Shown piece after piece: positions 9,341 to 17,577 of a DNA stretch of 45,183 nt. The DNA lies in NCBI GenBank assembly GCA_946619045.1, contig CAMOLV010000001.1, positions 1 to 45,183 on the forward strand, given 5' to 3'. The notes under the pieces are model-generated. The model was given only the letters and a program-made list of their open reading frames with translations. It ran no database searches and was not told the origin of the DNA. The number at the start of each line of letters is the position of its first letter. Position 1 is the stretch's first letter. The position numbers and the translations under genes are program-made. Source of the stretch: an uncultured Coriobacteriales bacterium (GTDB taxonomy: Bacteria; Actinomycetota; Coriobacteriia; Coriobacteriales; Atopobiaceae).

Positions 9341-10411
9341 ATGCCCGGCGACCTCACGTCCTTCGTCGAAGCCACCATGGGCAACGGCGCCCTCCGCGTC
9401 GAGGAGAACCTCGGCGCGGGATATGTGAGGCTCCGCGTTGCCGAGGCCGAGCGACGCCAGGCGAAGCACGATATCAGATGCATCGAAGATGTCGTCATCG
9501 AGATGCTGCGAAACGCCCGCGATGCGGGCGCTCGCCATATCTATGTGGCAAGTTGGCGCGAGGGCGACGTCCGCACGCTCGTCATGCTCGATGACGGCCA
9601 GGGCATCCCCGCCAACATGCACGAGAAGATCTTCGAGGCACGTGTCACCTCCAAGCTCGAGAGCGTGCATGTAGACCGCTGGGGCGTCCACGGTCGCGGC
9701 ATGGCGCTCTATTCGGTACGCGAGAACGTCGAGGATGCGCGCGTCCTCTCATCTGCTCCGGGCAAGGGGACGGCCATCAAGATCGTCGCCGACGCCTCCA
9801 AGCTGTCCGAACGGGCAGACCAATCGTCGTGGCCTTCCATAGCGCAGGATGAGGATGGCGCCGAGTCGCTTGTGCGCGGGCCCCACAACATCATCAGGAC
9901 CTGTGCCGAGTTCGCGCTCGAGGAGCGTGGGACCTGCGAGGTGTATCTGGGCTCCGCCGCCGAGATAGCAGCTACCGCGCACGCCCGAGCTCCGCGCGCG
10001 CAGTCCGATACCGATCTCCTGTTCATCGACGACCTGTCCGAGCTCAACGTGCTCACGCGCCTGAGGGTGGCGGCGGATGCCCGCGAGCTGCGCGAGCAGG
10101 CGATGCTGCTCGGCCTCGATATGTCGGAGCGCACCGCGCATCGCATCATCGCCGGCCAGATCAAGCCGCTGCGCAGCGTCGCTTCGCAGCTCCTCTCCAA
10201 GGCGCCTCAGGCTCAAGGTGAGGTTGACCTCAGCAAGATCCATAAGGGCATGAAGATGAGCAAGTCCGATAAGGAGGCGTTCGCGCTCGAGATGGAGAAG
10301 GCCTTCTCCTTCGTCTCCTCGCGCTATTACGTCCGCCTTTCCTCCGACCCCAAGGTCCGCGTCTCGTCGAACAAGATAACGGTGACGTTCGACATCGAGG
10401 ACGAGGACTGA
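9341..10411 (+). CDS. Stand-alone GHKL (MutL-like) ATPase of unknown function with probable C-terminal HTH
   Basis: EMLRNARDAGA, DDGQG, VTSK, GVHGRGMALYS, GKGT motifs. Confidence 0.8.
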   Translation: MPGDLTSFVEATMGNGALRVEENLGAGYVRLRVAEAERRQAKHDIRCIEDVVIEMLRNARDAGARHIYVASWREGDVRTLVMLDDGQGIPANMHEKIFEARVTSKLESVHVDRWGVHGRGMALYSVRENVEDARVLSSAPGKGTAIKIVADASKLSERADQSSWPSIAQDEDGAESLVRGPHNIIRTCAEFALEERGTCEVYLGSAAEIAATAHARAPRAQSDTDLLFIDDLSELNVLTRLRVAADARELREQAMLLGLDMSERTAHRIIAGQIKPLRSVASQLLSKAPQAQGEVDLSKIHKGMKMSKSDKEAFALEMEKAFSFVSSRYYVRLSSDPKVRVSSNKITVTFDIEDED

Positions 10412-10536
10412 TACCTCGGGTTCATTCTTTACCTCGGTCTTTTCAAATCCTTGTTTTACGACTACTATTAACAAATACGCAAACTGCCGTTCCTTAATCG
10501 AACAATGCAGATCCACACCTGCACAGGAGACATAGC

Positions 10537-10857
10537 ATGGATTACTTGAAGGTTTCGTCTAAGTCCTCGCCCGCATCCGTTGCCGGCGCCATCGCCGGAT
10601 TAGTGAAGGACGAGGTGCCCGTCAACATCCAGTGCGTCGGTGCCGGTGCGGTCAATCAGGCGGTCAAGGCGATGGCCATTGCGCGCGGTTTCCTCATCCC
10701 GACGGGCGTCGACATCTCCTGCGCCCCCACTTTCTCCGACATCGAGATCGGAGGGGAGAGCCGCACGGCTATCCGCTTCGCCGTCTACGTCCATCGCCTC
10801 ACGCCCAACTCGCATGCAAACGATCCGTCCGATGACGCCTTCGAGGTGTATGCCTAG
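10537..10857 (+). CDS. spoVS: SpoVS family protein
   Basis: LKVSSKSSPASVAGAIA, VGAGAVNQAVKAMAIARGF; AGGAG RBS. Confidence 0.95.
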   Translation: MDYLKVSSKSSPASVAGAIAGLVKDEVPVNIQCVGAGAVNQAVKAMAIARGFLIPTGVDISCAPTFSDIEIGGESRTAIRFAVYVHRLTPNSHANDPSDDAFEVYA

Positions 10858-12221
10858 TGGCGAACCCGCTGCTTGTCGGTAAAACCTATTGCATCAAGAC
10901 TTTCGGGTGCCAGATGAACCTGCACGACTCCGAGCGCGTCTCGGGTCTGCTCGATTCATGCGGCTGCAATGAGGTCTCCTCGTTCGAAGAGGCGGATATC
11001 GCCGTCTTCATGACCTGCTGCGTACGCGAGAACGCGGATCAGCGCCTCTACGGCCAGGCTTCCGCGCTCGTCAGCATGCAGGCGCCTCCTTCCGGAAAGC
11101 GCGTCGTCGCAATCGGAGGGTGCATCGCCCAGCGCGACGGTGCACGACTCAAGGAGCAGGTCCCCGCCTGCGACGTCGTGTTCGGCACGAGCGCCCTCGA
11201 GAGCCTTCCGGATCTTCTCTCCCAGGCCTTCGACGCCGATGGCCGCGCCATCTTCTCCGATACCGACGAGGATCCGTCCTCGTTCTCGACCGATCTTCCG
11301 TCCCACCGTGCGCAGCGGTTCCATGCCTGGGTTCCGATCATGTACGGATGCAACAACTTCTGCACCTACTGCATCGTCCCCTATGTCCGCGGCCGCGAGC
11401 GCGGGAGGGTCTTCGAGTCGATCGTCGACGAGTGCTCCCGTCTGGTGGGCGACGGCGTCCGCGAGATCTGCCTGCTCGGCCAGAACGTCAACTCGTACGG
11501 CCGCGACCTCTACGGCGCGCCGCGTTTCGCCGATCTTATCCGCGCCGTGGGGGAGACGGGAATCGAGCGCCTCCGCTTCACCTCGTCCAACCCCAAGGAT
11601 CTCAACGACGACGTGATCGCCGCCATGGCCGAGACCCCGTGCGTCATGCCGCACCTGCACCTCGCCGTGCAGAGCGGATCGTCGCGCATCCTCAAGGCCA
11701 TGAACCGCTCCTATACGCGCGAGCAGTACCTCGGCCTGGTCGATAGGCTGAAGACGGCGATGCCCGACCTCGCGCTCACGACCGATATCATCGTCGGATT
11801 CCCCGGCGAGACCGAGGAGGACTTCCTCGAGACGCTCTCGCTCGTCGAGGAGGCGCAGTTCGCCGGCGCGTTCACGTTCATCTACTCGAAGCGCCCGGGA
11901 ACCCCTGCGGCGAAGATCGTCGATACCACGCCCGCCGAGGTCATCCAGGACCGTTTCGACAGGCTCGCGCACCTGGTCGAGGATATGAGCTGGAAAGCCA
12001 ATCAGATCGATTTGGGCAAACGCGTCGAGGTGCTCGTCGAGTCCGTTTCCAAACGCGACAGCTCGGTCATGGTCGGCCATAGCGAGAAGAACCAGACCGT
12101 GCACTTCCCGCTTCCCGACAAGATCTCGCAGGACGACCTCATCGGGAAGATCGCGACGATCGAGGTCGATCGGGCGCGCACCTGGTATCTCTCCGGCTCC
12201 CTTGTCGGTGACCCGCGATGA
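10857..12221 (+). CDS. miaB: tRNA-2-methylthio-N6-dimethylallyladenosine synthase MiaB
   Basis: TFGCQMNLHDSE, TCCVRENA, GCNNFCTYC, TDIIVGFPGETEEDF, YSKRPGTPAA. Confidence 0.97.
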   Translation: MANPLLVGKTYCIKTFGCQMNLHDSERVSGLLDSCGCNEVSSFEEADIAVFMTCCVRENADQRLYGQASALVSMQAPPSGKRVVAIGGCIAQRDGARLKEQVPACDVVFGTSALESLPDLLSQAFDADGRAIFSDTDEDPSSFSTDLPSHRAQRFHAWVPIMYGCNNFCTYCIVPYVRGRERGRVFESIVDECSRLVGDGVREICLLGQNVNSYGRDLYGAPRFADLIRAVGETGIERLRFTSSNPKDLNDDVIAAMAETPCVMPHLHLAVQSGSSRILKAMNRSYTREQYLGLVDRLKTAMPDLALTTDIIVGFPGETEEDFLETLSLVEEAQFAGAFTFIYSKRPGTPAAKIVDTTPAEVIQDRFDRLAHLVEDMSWKANQIDLGKRVEVLVESVSKRDSSVMVGHSEKNQTVHFPLPDKISQDDLIGKIATIEVDRARTWYLSGSLVGDPR

Positions 12222-13153
12222 GCGACGTCGGACCCCTCGTCTGCATCGTGGGTCCAACCGCTTCGGGTAAAAGCGCCGTAGCCGATCGCATAGCCCAACG
12301 GGTCTCGGGAGAGGTCGTCTCGGTCGATGCCATGCAGGTCTATAAGGGCATGGATATCGGCACCGCCAAAACACCGCCCGAGGAGCGTCTCTGCGCGCTT
12401 CATATGGTCGATATCTGCCCGATAGACGCCAACTATTCGGTCGAGCGGTTCCAAACCGATGCGCGCTCATGCATCGACGGTCTCCTTGCCGGCGGCATAC
12501 GCCCCATCCTCTGCGGGGGCACGGGGCTCTATCTCAACGCCGTCATCGACGAGATGGACTTCCCATCCGGTTTCAGGGGCGATTCAAGGCGCGAGGCGTA
12601 CGAGGAGGTCGCACGGTCCGAAGGCCCCCAGCGCCTTCATGAGATGCTCCGCGAACGCGATCCGGAGAGCGCGGACGAGATCCATCCCAACAACACCAGG
12701 AGGGTCATCAGGGCCCTCGAGATGTGCGACGAGGGAAAGAGCTATGCGGCATCGCTGCGGACGCTCCACGCGCGCGCCCAGCATTACCGGGCCAGCATCT
12801 ACGGACTCGAGCTTCCGCGCGAGGAGCTCTACCGTCGCATAGACCGACGTGTCGACGATATGTTCGATAAGGGGCTCGTAGAAGAGGTCCAGAAGCTTGT
12901 CAGCGCGGGTTTGTCATCGGATACGACTGCGGGACAGGCGATCGGATACAAGGAGATCCTAGAGGCTCTCAGCGGCTCATGCTCGATGGATGACGCCCGC
13001 GAGGCCATCAAGACGAACACCCGCCGCTATGCGAAGCGCCAGATCTCGTGGTTCCGCCATGACGCTCGCGTCAAATGGATCGACATGCAAGGGGAGACGG
13101 CCGACTCGGCTGCCGAGCATGTCATTTCGGAGGTATTCGATGCCGCGTTTTGA
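12218..13153 (+). CDS. miaA: tRNA dimethylallyltransferase MiaA
   Basis: GPTASGKS, DAMQVYKGMDIGTAK, GGTGLY, HPNNTRRVIRALE, YAKRQISWF. Confidence 0.97.
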   Translation: MSDVGPLVCIVGPTASGKSAVADRIAQRVSGEVVSVDAMQVYKGMDIGTAKTPPEERLCALHMVDICPIDANYSVERFQTDARSCIDGLLAGGIRPILCGGTGLYLNAVIDEMDFPSGFRGDSRREAYEEVARSEGPQRLHEMLRERDPESADEIHPNNTRRVIRALEMCDEGKSYAASLRTLHARAQHYRASIYGLELPREELYRRIDRRVDDMFDKGLVEEVQKLVSAGLSSDTTAGQAIGYKEILEALSGSCSMDDAREAIKTNTRRYAKRQISWFRHDARVKWIDMQGETADSAAEHVISEVFDAAF

Positions 13154-14447
13154 GTACCATTCGACAGCACCGGTTCCCGAGCGCGCGATTCTCGTCGGCG
13201 TCGACTTCGGCAAGTCCGAGTGGTCGCTCGACGATTCGATGGCCGAGCTCGGTCGCCTTGCCGAGACGGACGGCGCCGTCGTCGTGGGAAGCCTGACGCA
13301 GAAGCTCGACGCCCCCATACCCAGGACCTTCATCGGCAAGGGCAAGGTCGAGGAGGTCGTCTCGGCCGTCCGCGCGCTCGATGCGGATGTGGTCATCTTC
13401 GATGACGAGCTCACGCCTTCCCAGCAGGCGAACCTCGAGAAGATCGTCAAGGAGCCGACCAAGATCATCGACAGAACGGCCCTCATCCTCGACATCTTCG
13501 GCCAGCATGCGAAAACGCGAGAGGGCAGGCTGCAGGTGCAGCTGGCCCAGCTCACATACGTTCTTCCGCGCCTGAGGGGCATGTGGAGCCACCTGGTGGG
13601 CGAGCAGACGCGCGGCGGCATCGGCAGCCGATTCGGCCAGGGCGAGAGCCAGCTCGAGGTCGACCGCAGGCTTATCCGCAAGCGGATCTCGACGCTCAAG
13701 TCGGAGCTGCTCCAGCTCGAGACGCGACGGGGCGTGCAATCGAAGGCGCGCTGGGAATCGGGCGTCTACCGCGTATCGCTGGTCGGCTACACGAATGCCG
13801 GCAAGTCGACCCTGCTCAACGCTCTGACAGGCGCGGGGGTCTATGCGCGTGACGAGCTCTTCGCGACGCTCGACCCCACGACGCGCTCGCTCGACCTCGA
13901 GGAGGGGCGCAAGATCACCCTCACCGACACGGTCGGCTTCATCCAGAAGCTGCCCACCATGCTCGTCGAGTCGTTCAAATCGACGCTTGCCGAGGTGAAG
14001 GCGGCCGACCTCGTGCTCCTCGTGTGCGATGCCTCCGATGAGAACCATGACCTGCAGATCGCTGCCGTGGAGCGCATCCTCGGCGAGATCGGCGCCTCAG
14101 ACATCGCCCGATTCATCGTCTTCAATAAATGCGATCTTCTGGATGATGATGCACGCGCGGCGCTCGAGCGCGAGCATCCCGACGCGCAGTTCATCTCGGC
14201 CCTCGAGGAGAAGGGCCTGCGAGGGCTCATGCATCGCATAGCCCGCGAGGCATCGGAGGGCGATACCACGCTCACGGCGCTCATTCCCTATGGAAAAGGC
14301 CTGCTGATCAAGATGGTCCACGAGCGGTGCCAGCTCATCCACGAATCGTACGGCGAGCTGGGGATCACGGTAACCGTGCGCGCGTCTGCACGCATGGCGG
14401 CGACGCTAGCGCCCTATCGCGTAGAAGATGAGCTGGCTGATGCCTAG
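13140..14447 (+). CDS. hflX: GTPase HflX
   Basis: IDRTALILDIF, GESQLEVDRR, GYTNAGKST, LFATLDPT, DTVGFI, NKCD; ATG 13140 after GGAGG. Confidence 0.97.
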   Translation: MPRFEYHSTAPVPERAILVGVDFGKSEWSLDDSMAELGRLAETDGAVVVGSLTQKLDAPIPRTFIGKGKVEEVVSAVRALDADVVIFDDELTPSQQANLEKIVKEPTKIIDRTALILDIFGQHAKTREGRLQVQLAQLTYVLPRLRGMWSHLVGEQTRGGIGSRFGQGESQLEVDRRLIRKRISTLKSELLQLETRRGVQSKARWESGVYRVSLVGYTNAGKSTLLNALTGAGVYARDELFATLDPTTRSLDLEEGRKITLTDTVGFIQKLPTMLVESFKSTLAEVKAADLVLLVCDASDENHDLQIAAVERILGEIGASDIARFIVFNKCDLLDDDARAALEREHPDAQFISALEEKGLRGLMHRIAREASEGDTTLTALIPYGKGLLIKMVHERCQLIHESYGELGITVTVRASARMAATLAPYRVEDELADA

Positions 14448-15194
14448 AAGCACCGGCTGATGGAGCACGTAGATGGGCAGGGCGTAACGGCCGACCATCT
14501 CGAGCGGCTTGATGGAGAATCTCCATATGGGCGCTGAATACCCCCGCTTTCCCCAGTAGATCCCGAGCGACCACCCCGTGAGGTAGAGGAACAGGTAGGG
14601 GAGGATGGGATAGTAGTCGGCGGATACGAAATCGACGCCGGGAAAACCCAGCCAAGACAGCCCTCCAAAGAGATAGAGCGAGCGCGGGACATCGAGGAGA
14701 TGGATTCCGAATAGCGAGATGCTGCCGTGTGAGATGTCCAGGAGCAGCAGGAAGATCGCGAAGAACAGAGCCGCCCATCCAAGGCCATCCGGCTTGAAGC
14801 CGACATGCGAGAGGACTGCCGCGATGAGCGTGCAGGCTCCCATGCAGTAGATGATGCCGAACGAGATCTCGACGTCTTTGCCGATGAAGGATGTCACAAG
14901 GTACACGGCGAGGGCGACGGCAAGGTAGACGCCCGCGCGCTTGAAGTTGTTCCTTGAGAATGTGCACATGGCACCCGCGATGACGAGGAACGTCCAGGAG
15001 ATGGACGCGCGCCAGATATCGACCGCAGGTACGAAGAACGCCGTCGTGGGGACGATTCCGATGAGGAACACGAGGTCGTAATAGAAGTGGAACAGCACCA
15101 TCGAGATGACGGAGAAACCGCGGAGCGTGTCGAAAAGACGGACGCGCCCATGCGGCGCGCCCGACGGTTCCATGTGATCTTGAACGGAAGCCAT
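14406..15194 (-). CDS. DUF1624 / heparan-alpha-glucosaminide N-acetyltransferase-like membrane protein
   Basis: R..LFDTLRGFSVISMVLFHFYYDL, SADYYPILPY, GRYALPIYVLHQP; multi-TM. Confidence 0.8.
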   Translation of the reverse strand: MASVQDHMEPSGAPHGRVRLFDTLRGFSVISMVLFHFYYDLVFLIGIVPTTAFFVPAVDIWRASISWTFLVIAGAMCTFSRNNFKRAGVYLAVALAVYLVTSFIGKDVEISFGIIYCMGACTLIAAVLSHVGFKPDGLGWAALFFAIFLLLLDISHGSISLFGIHLLDVPRSLYLFGGLSWLGFPGVDFVSADYYPILPYLFLYLTGWSLGIYWGKRGYSAPIWRFSIKPLEMVGRYALPIYVLHQPVLLGISQLIFYAIGR

Positions 15195-15195
15195 G

Positions 15196-15843
15196 CTATG
15201 ACATCGATCGGATGAGCGCCGTCACCTTGCCGAGGATAAGGGCATCCTTGACATAGATGGGCTCCATGGAATCGTTCTCGGGTTGGAGCCTGATGCGGTC
15301 CTTCTCGCGGTAGAACGTCTTGACCGTTGCGGAATCATCGACGAGGGCGACGACGATCTCGCCGTTGTGGGCATCCTGCTGCTCCTTGACGACGATGTAA
15401 TCGCCATCGAAAATGCCCGCGTTGATCATCGACTCGCCATGGACGCGCAGGATGAAGGAGCTCGAGTCTCCCACGATGGAGGTGGGGAGGACGAGGTTCT
15501 CCTCGATGTTCTGCTCGGCGAGGATGGGGACGCCGGCGGCGACCCTTCCGACGAGAGGCAGCGAGATGCTGTTGTCGTCGAGGTTCTGAGTGACGGAGGC
15601 AAGCTTGGGAGCGCTCTCCTGAGCCTGCTTGTTGATATCGATGGTGCGGGGCTTCTTGGGGTCGCGCTTGATGAGGGAGAGCTCCTCCAGCGCCTTGAGA
15701 TGCATGTGCACCGTGGAGGGGGACTTGAGGCCCACAGCGGAGCCGATCTCGCGAACCGAGGGAGGATATCCATGGCTCTCGGTGTAGGACAGGATGTACT
15801 CGTAGATCGCAGCCTGACGTTTGCTGAGCTTTCCGTGTGCCAT
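15196..15843 (-). CDS. lexA: SOS repressor LexA
   Basis: GYPPSVREIG HTH, VAAG cleavage site, GESM (Ser) and TVK (Lys) dyad; GAGGAGG RBS supports a start at 15843. Confidence 0.98.
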   Translation of the reverse strand: MAHGKLSKRQAAIYEYILSYTESHGYPPSVREIGSAVGLKSPSTVHMHLKALEELSLIKRDPKKPRTIDINKQAQESAPKLASVTQNLDDNSISLPLVGRVAAGVPILAEQNIEENLVLPTSIVGDSSSFILRVHGESMINAGIFDGDYIVVKEQQDAHNGEIVVALVDDSATVKTFYREKDRIRLQPENDSMEPIYVKDALILGKVTALIRSMS

Positions 15844-15871
15844 GGCATGCCTCCTCATGTCGTTTGAATCG

Positions 15872-15995
15872 AGTATAGAACAAGAATTCGGCTACCGCAA
15901 ACAAATGTTCTAAATTGTCTTGACTCGAACATCTGTATCAATAATACTATAAAACAGATGTTCTGCAAACAGGTGTTCCCATCGAATATCTGTCC
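15872..15995. promoter_or_regulatory. Divergent lexA / LysM-gene promoters carrying six LexA-box-like sites
   Basis: GAAC-N4-GTTC variants start at 15878, 15899, 15927, 15952, 15967 and 15984; lexA promoter TTGCGG-N17-TATACT on - (15900-15872); TTGACT at 15920 on +. Confidence 0.85.
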
Positions 15996-16047
15996 ACCGC
16001 ATGTCCTACAAATGAACCAGGCAGAACATCGACGATAGGAGCGCAAG

Positions 16048-16482
16048 ATGAATCGCAGCAACGGCATCGCTTATCCCACCAACGGATCTTCCGCACTCGA
16101 GGCCCAGGCAACGGTGCTCTCCGTCCATAACGGCTACCGTCGCTCCCAGAATCGCCGTCGTTCCCAGGATATCGAGCCCGAAGTGCTCACGCTTGGGCAG
16201 AAGGTCAAGGCCATCGCCGTCATCGCCTGCGTCATCGCCGCTCTGGCTGCGACGCTCATCTTCAGCGACGAGGCGGCGGCCCGCACGTATGACGTCATGT
16301 TCGACGGCATCGCGCAGCAGACCATCACCGTGCATACCGGTGATTCCCTGTGGACCATCGCAGAGGACCATGCGCCGGAAGGCGCCAGCGTCCCCGACGT
16401 CGTTCGCTGGATCGAGCAGGCCAACAACCTCGATTCCGCGCTCATCGTCTCCGGACAGGCCCTCATCGTCCCTGCAGAATAG
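16048..16482 (+). CDS. SOS-inducible membrane LysM protein (YneA/ChiZ-type division inhibitor candidate)
   Basis: TM helix AIAVIACVIAALAATLIF; LysM motif ITVHTGDSLWTIA...NNL...GQALIVP; divergent from lexA. Confidence 0.85.
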   Translation: MNRSNGIAYPTNGSSALEAQATVLSVHNGYRRSQNRRRSQDIEPEVLTLGQKVKAIAVIACVIAALAATLIFSDEAAARTYDVMFDGIAQQTITVHTGDSLWTIAEDHAPEGASVPDVVRWIEQANNLDSALIVSGQALIVPAE

Positions 16483-16526
16483 CCAAATCGAATCAAATTT
16501 TCCCTGTATAGAGCAGCTGCAGGTTT

Positions 16527-16574
16527 CTACAACAGTTTGTGTGTTATTGTGCATACGTACTCAAGATTTAGGGG
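16527..16574 (+). promoter_or_regulatory. Tandem NrdR boxes (ctaCAAcAgtTTGtgt 16527-16542; actCAAgATtTAGggg 16559-16574)
   Basis: Both fit acaCWAtATaTWGtgt; starts are 32 bp apart; the second overlaps the nrdR RBS. Confidence 0.72.
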
Positions 16575-16579
16575 GATGT

Positions 16580-17026
16580 ATGCGCTGTCCTAAATGCGGT
16601 TGCGAGAGCCTTAAAGTCATCGACTCCCGTCCTTCCGAGAGCATCGATGCTATCAGGCGCCGGCGTGAATGCGAGGGATGCGGTTTCCGCTTCACCACAT
16701 ACGAGCGCCGTGAGGAGATGCCGCTTCTCGTCATCAAGAAGGATGGGCATAGCGAGCCCTTCGATCGACAGAAGCTCATGCGCGGCCTTCTGACGGCTAC
16801 GGTCAAGCGAAACATCCCCATCGGCGACCTCGACAAGCTCATCTCCTCGATCGAGGACGAGCTTCGCGACCGCGGCACCACCGAGATCACATCCGATGAG
16901 CTTGGCAACAACGTTCTTATGAAGCTCAAGGACCTCGATCTTGTCGCGTACGTCCGCTTCGCATCCGTCTACCGTGATTTCAAGGATCTCGACGAGTTCA
17001 GCGAGGCATTGAGGAGCCTTTCATGA
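16580..17026 (+). CDS. nrdR: Transcriptional repressor NrdR
   Basis: [33 protein letters not shown] cone, [10 protein letters not shown]. Confidence 0.98.
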   Translation: MRCPKCGCESLKVIDSRPSESIDAIRRRRECEGCGFRFTTYERREEMPLLVIKKDGHSEPFDRQKLMRGLLTATVKRNIPIGDLDKLISSIEDELRDRGTTEITSDELGNNVLMKLKDLDLVAYVRFASVYRDFKDLDEFSEALRSLS

Positions 17027-17472
17027 GCGACGAGCACATCAAACTCGCGATACGCCGCCTCGACCCCGACGTCGAGCTTCCGTCATACGCCTATCTGGGC
17101 GATGCCGGCCTCGATCTGAGGGCTAACGAGGATGTCGTTCTCGAGCCCCATGAGCGGAGGCTCATCTCGACCGGCCTTGCGATCGCCATTCCCGAGGGAT
17201 ATGCGGGATTCGTCCAGCCTCGGAGCGGCATGGCCCTCAAGCGGGGCCTCTCCATGGCCAACACGCCCGGATTGATCGACTCGCATTATCGCGGCGAGCT
17301 CAAGGTCGTCGCGGTCAACCTCGATGCGCACGAACCCATCAGGATCGAGAGGGGAGAGCGCATCGCCCAGCTCGTTATCCAGAAGGTTCCCGTCGTTGAG
17401 CTTGTAGAAGTCGATGAACTCGACGAGACGGACCGTGGGGCTGGCGGATTCGGTTCAAGCGGAACCAACTGA
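17023..17472 (+). CDS. dut: dUTP diphosphatase
   Basis: [35 protein letters not shown]; ATGA overlap with nrdR. Confidence 0.97.
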   Translation: MSDEHIKLAIRRLDPDVELPSYAYLGDAGLDLRANEDVVLEPHERRLISTGLAIAIPEGYAGFVQPRSGMALKRGLSMANTPGLIDSHYRGELKVVAVNLDAHEPIRIERGERIAQLVIQKVPVVELVEVDELDETDRGAGGFGSSGTN

Positions 17473-17508
17473 TCTCCTTCAGCACTCCCCTAAAATAATT
17501 TGCGTGAT

Positions 17509-17530
17509 AATATATCGCGCGCGATATATT
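17509..17530. repeat. Perfect 22-bp palindrome AATATATCGCGCGCGATATATT upstream of trxB (operator or interrupted dif-like site)
   Basis: All 11 base pairs are complementary; followed by an extended -10-like TGtTAGACT (17533-17541). Confidence 0.9.
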
Positions 17531-17577
17531 TATGTTAGACTGTGAATCGTAAGATTTGCAGAGAAAGGGGAGTTGCC

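Noticed and set aside
9341-10411. Calling the GHKL protein mutL or a sensor kinase
   Set aside because: Too short, no recognisable MutL C-terminal domain, no phospho-His box and no response regulator nearby.
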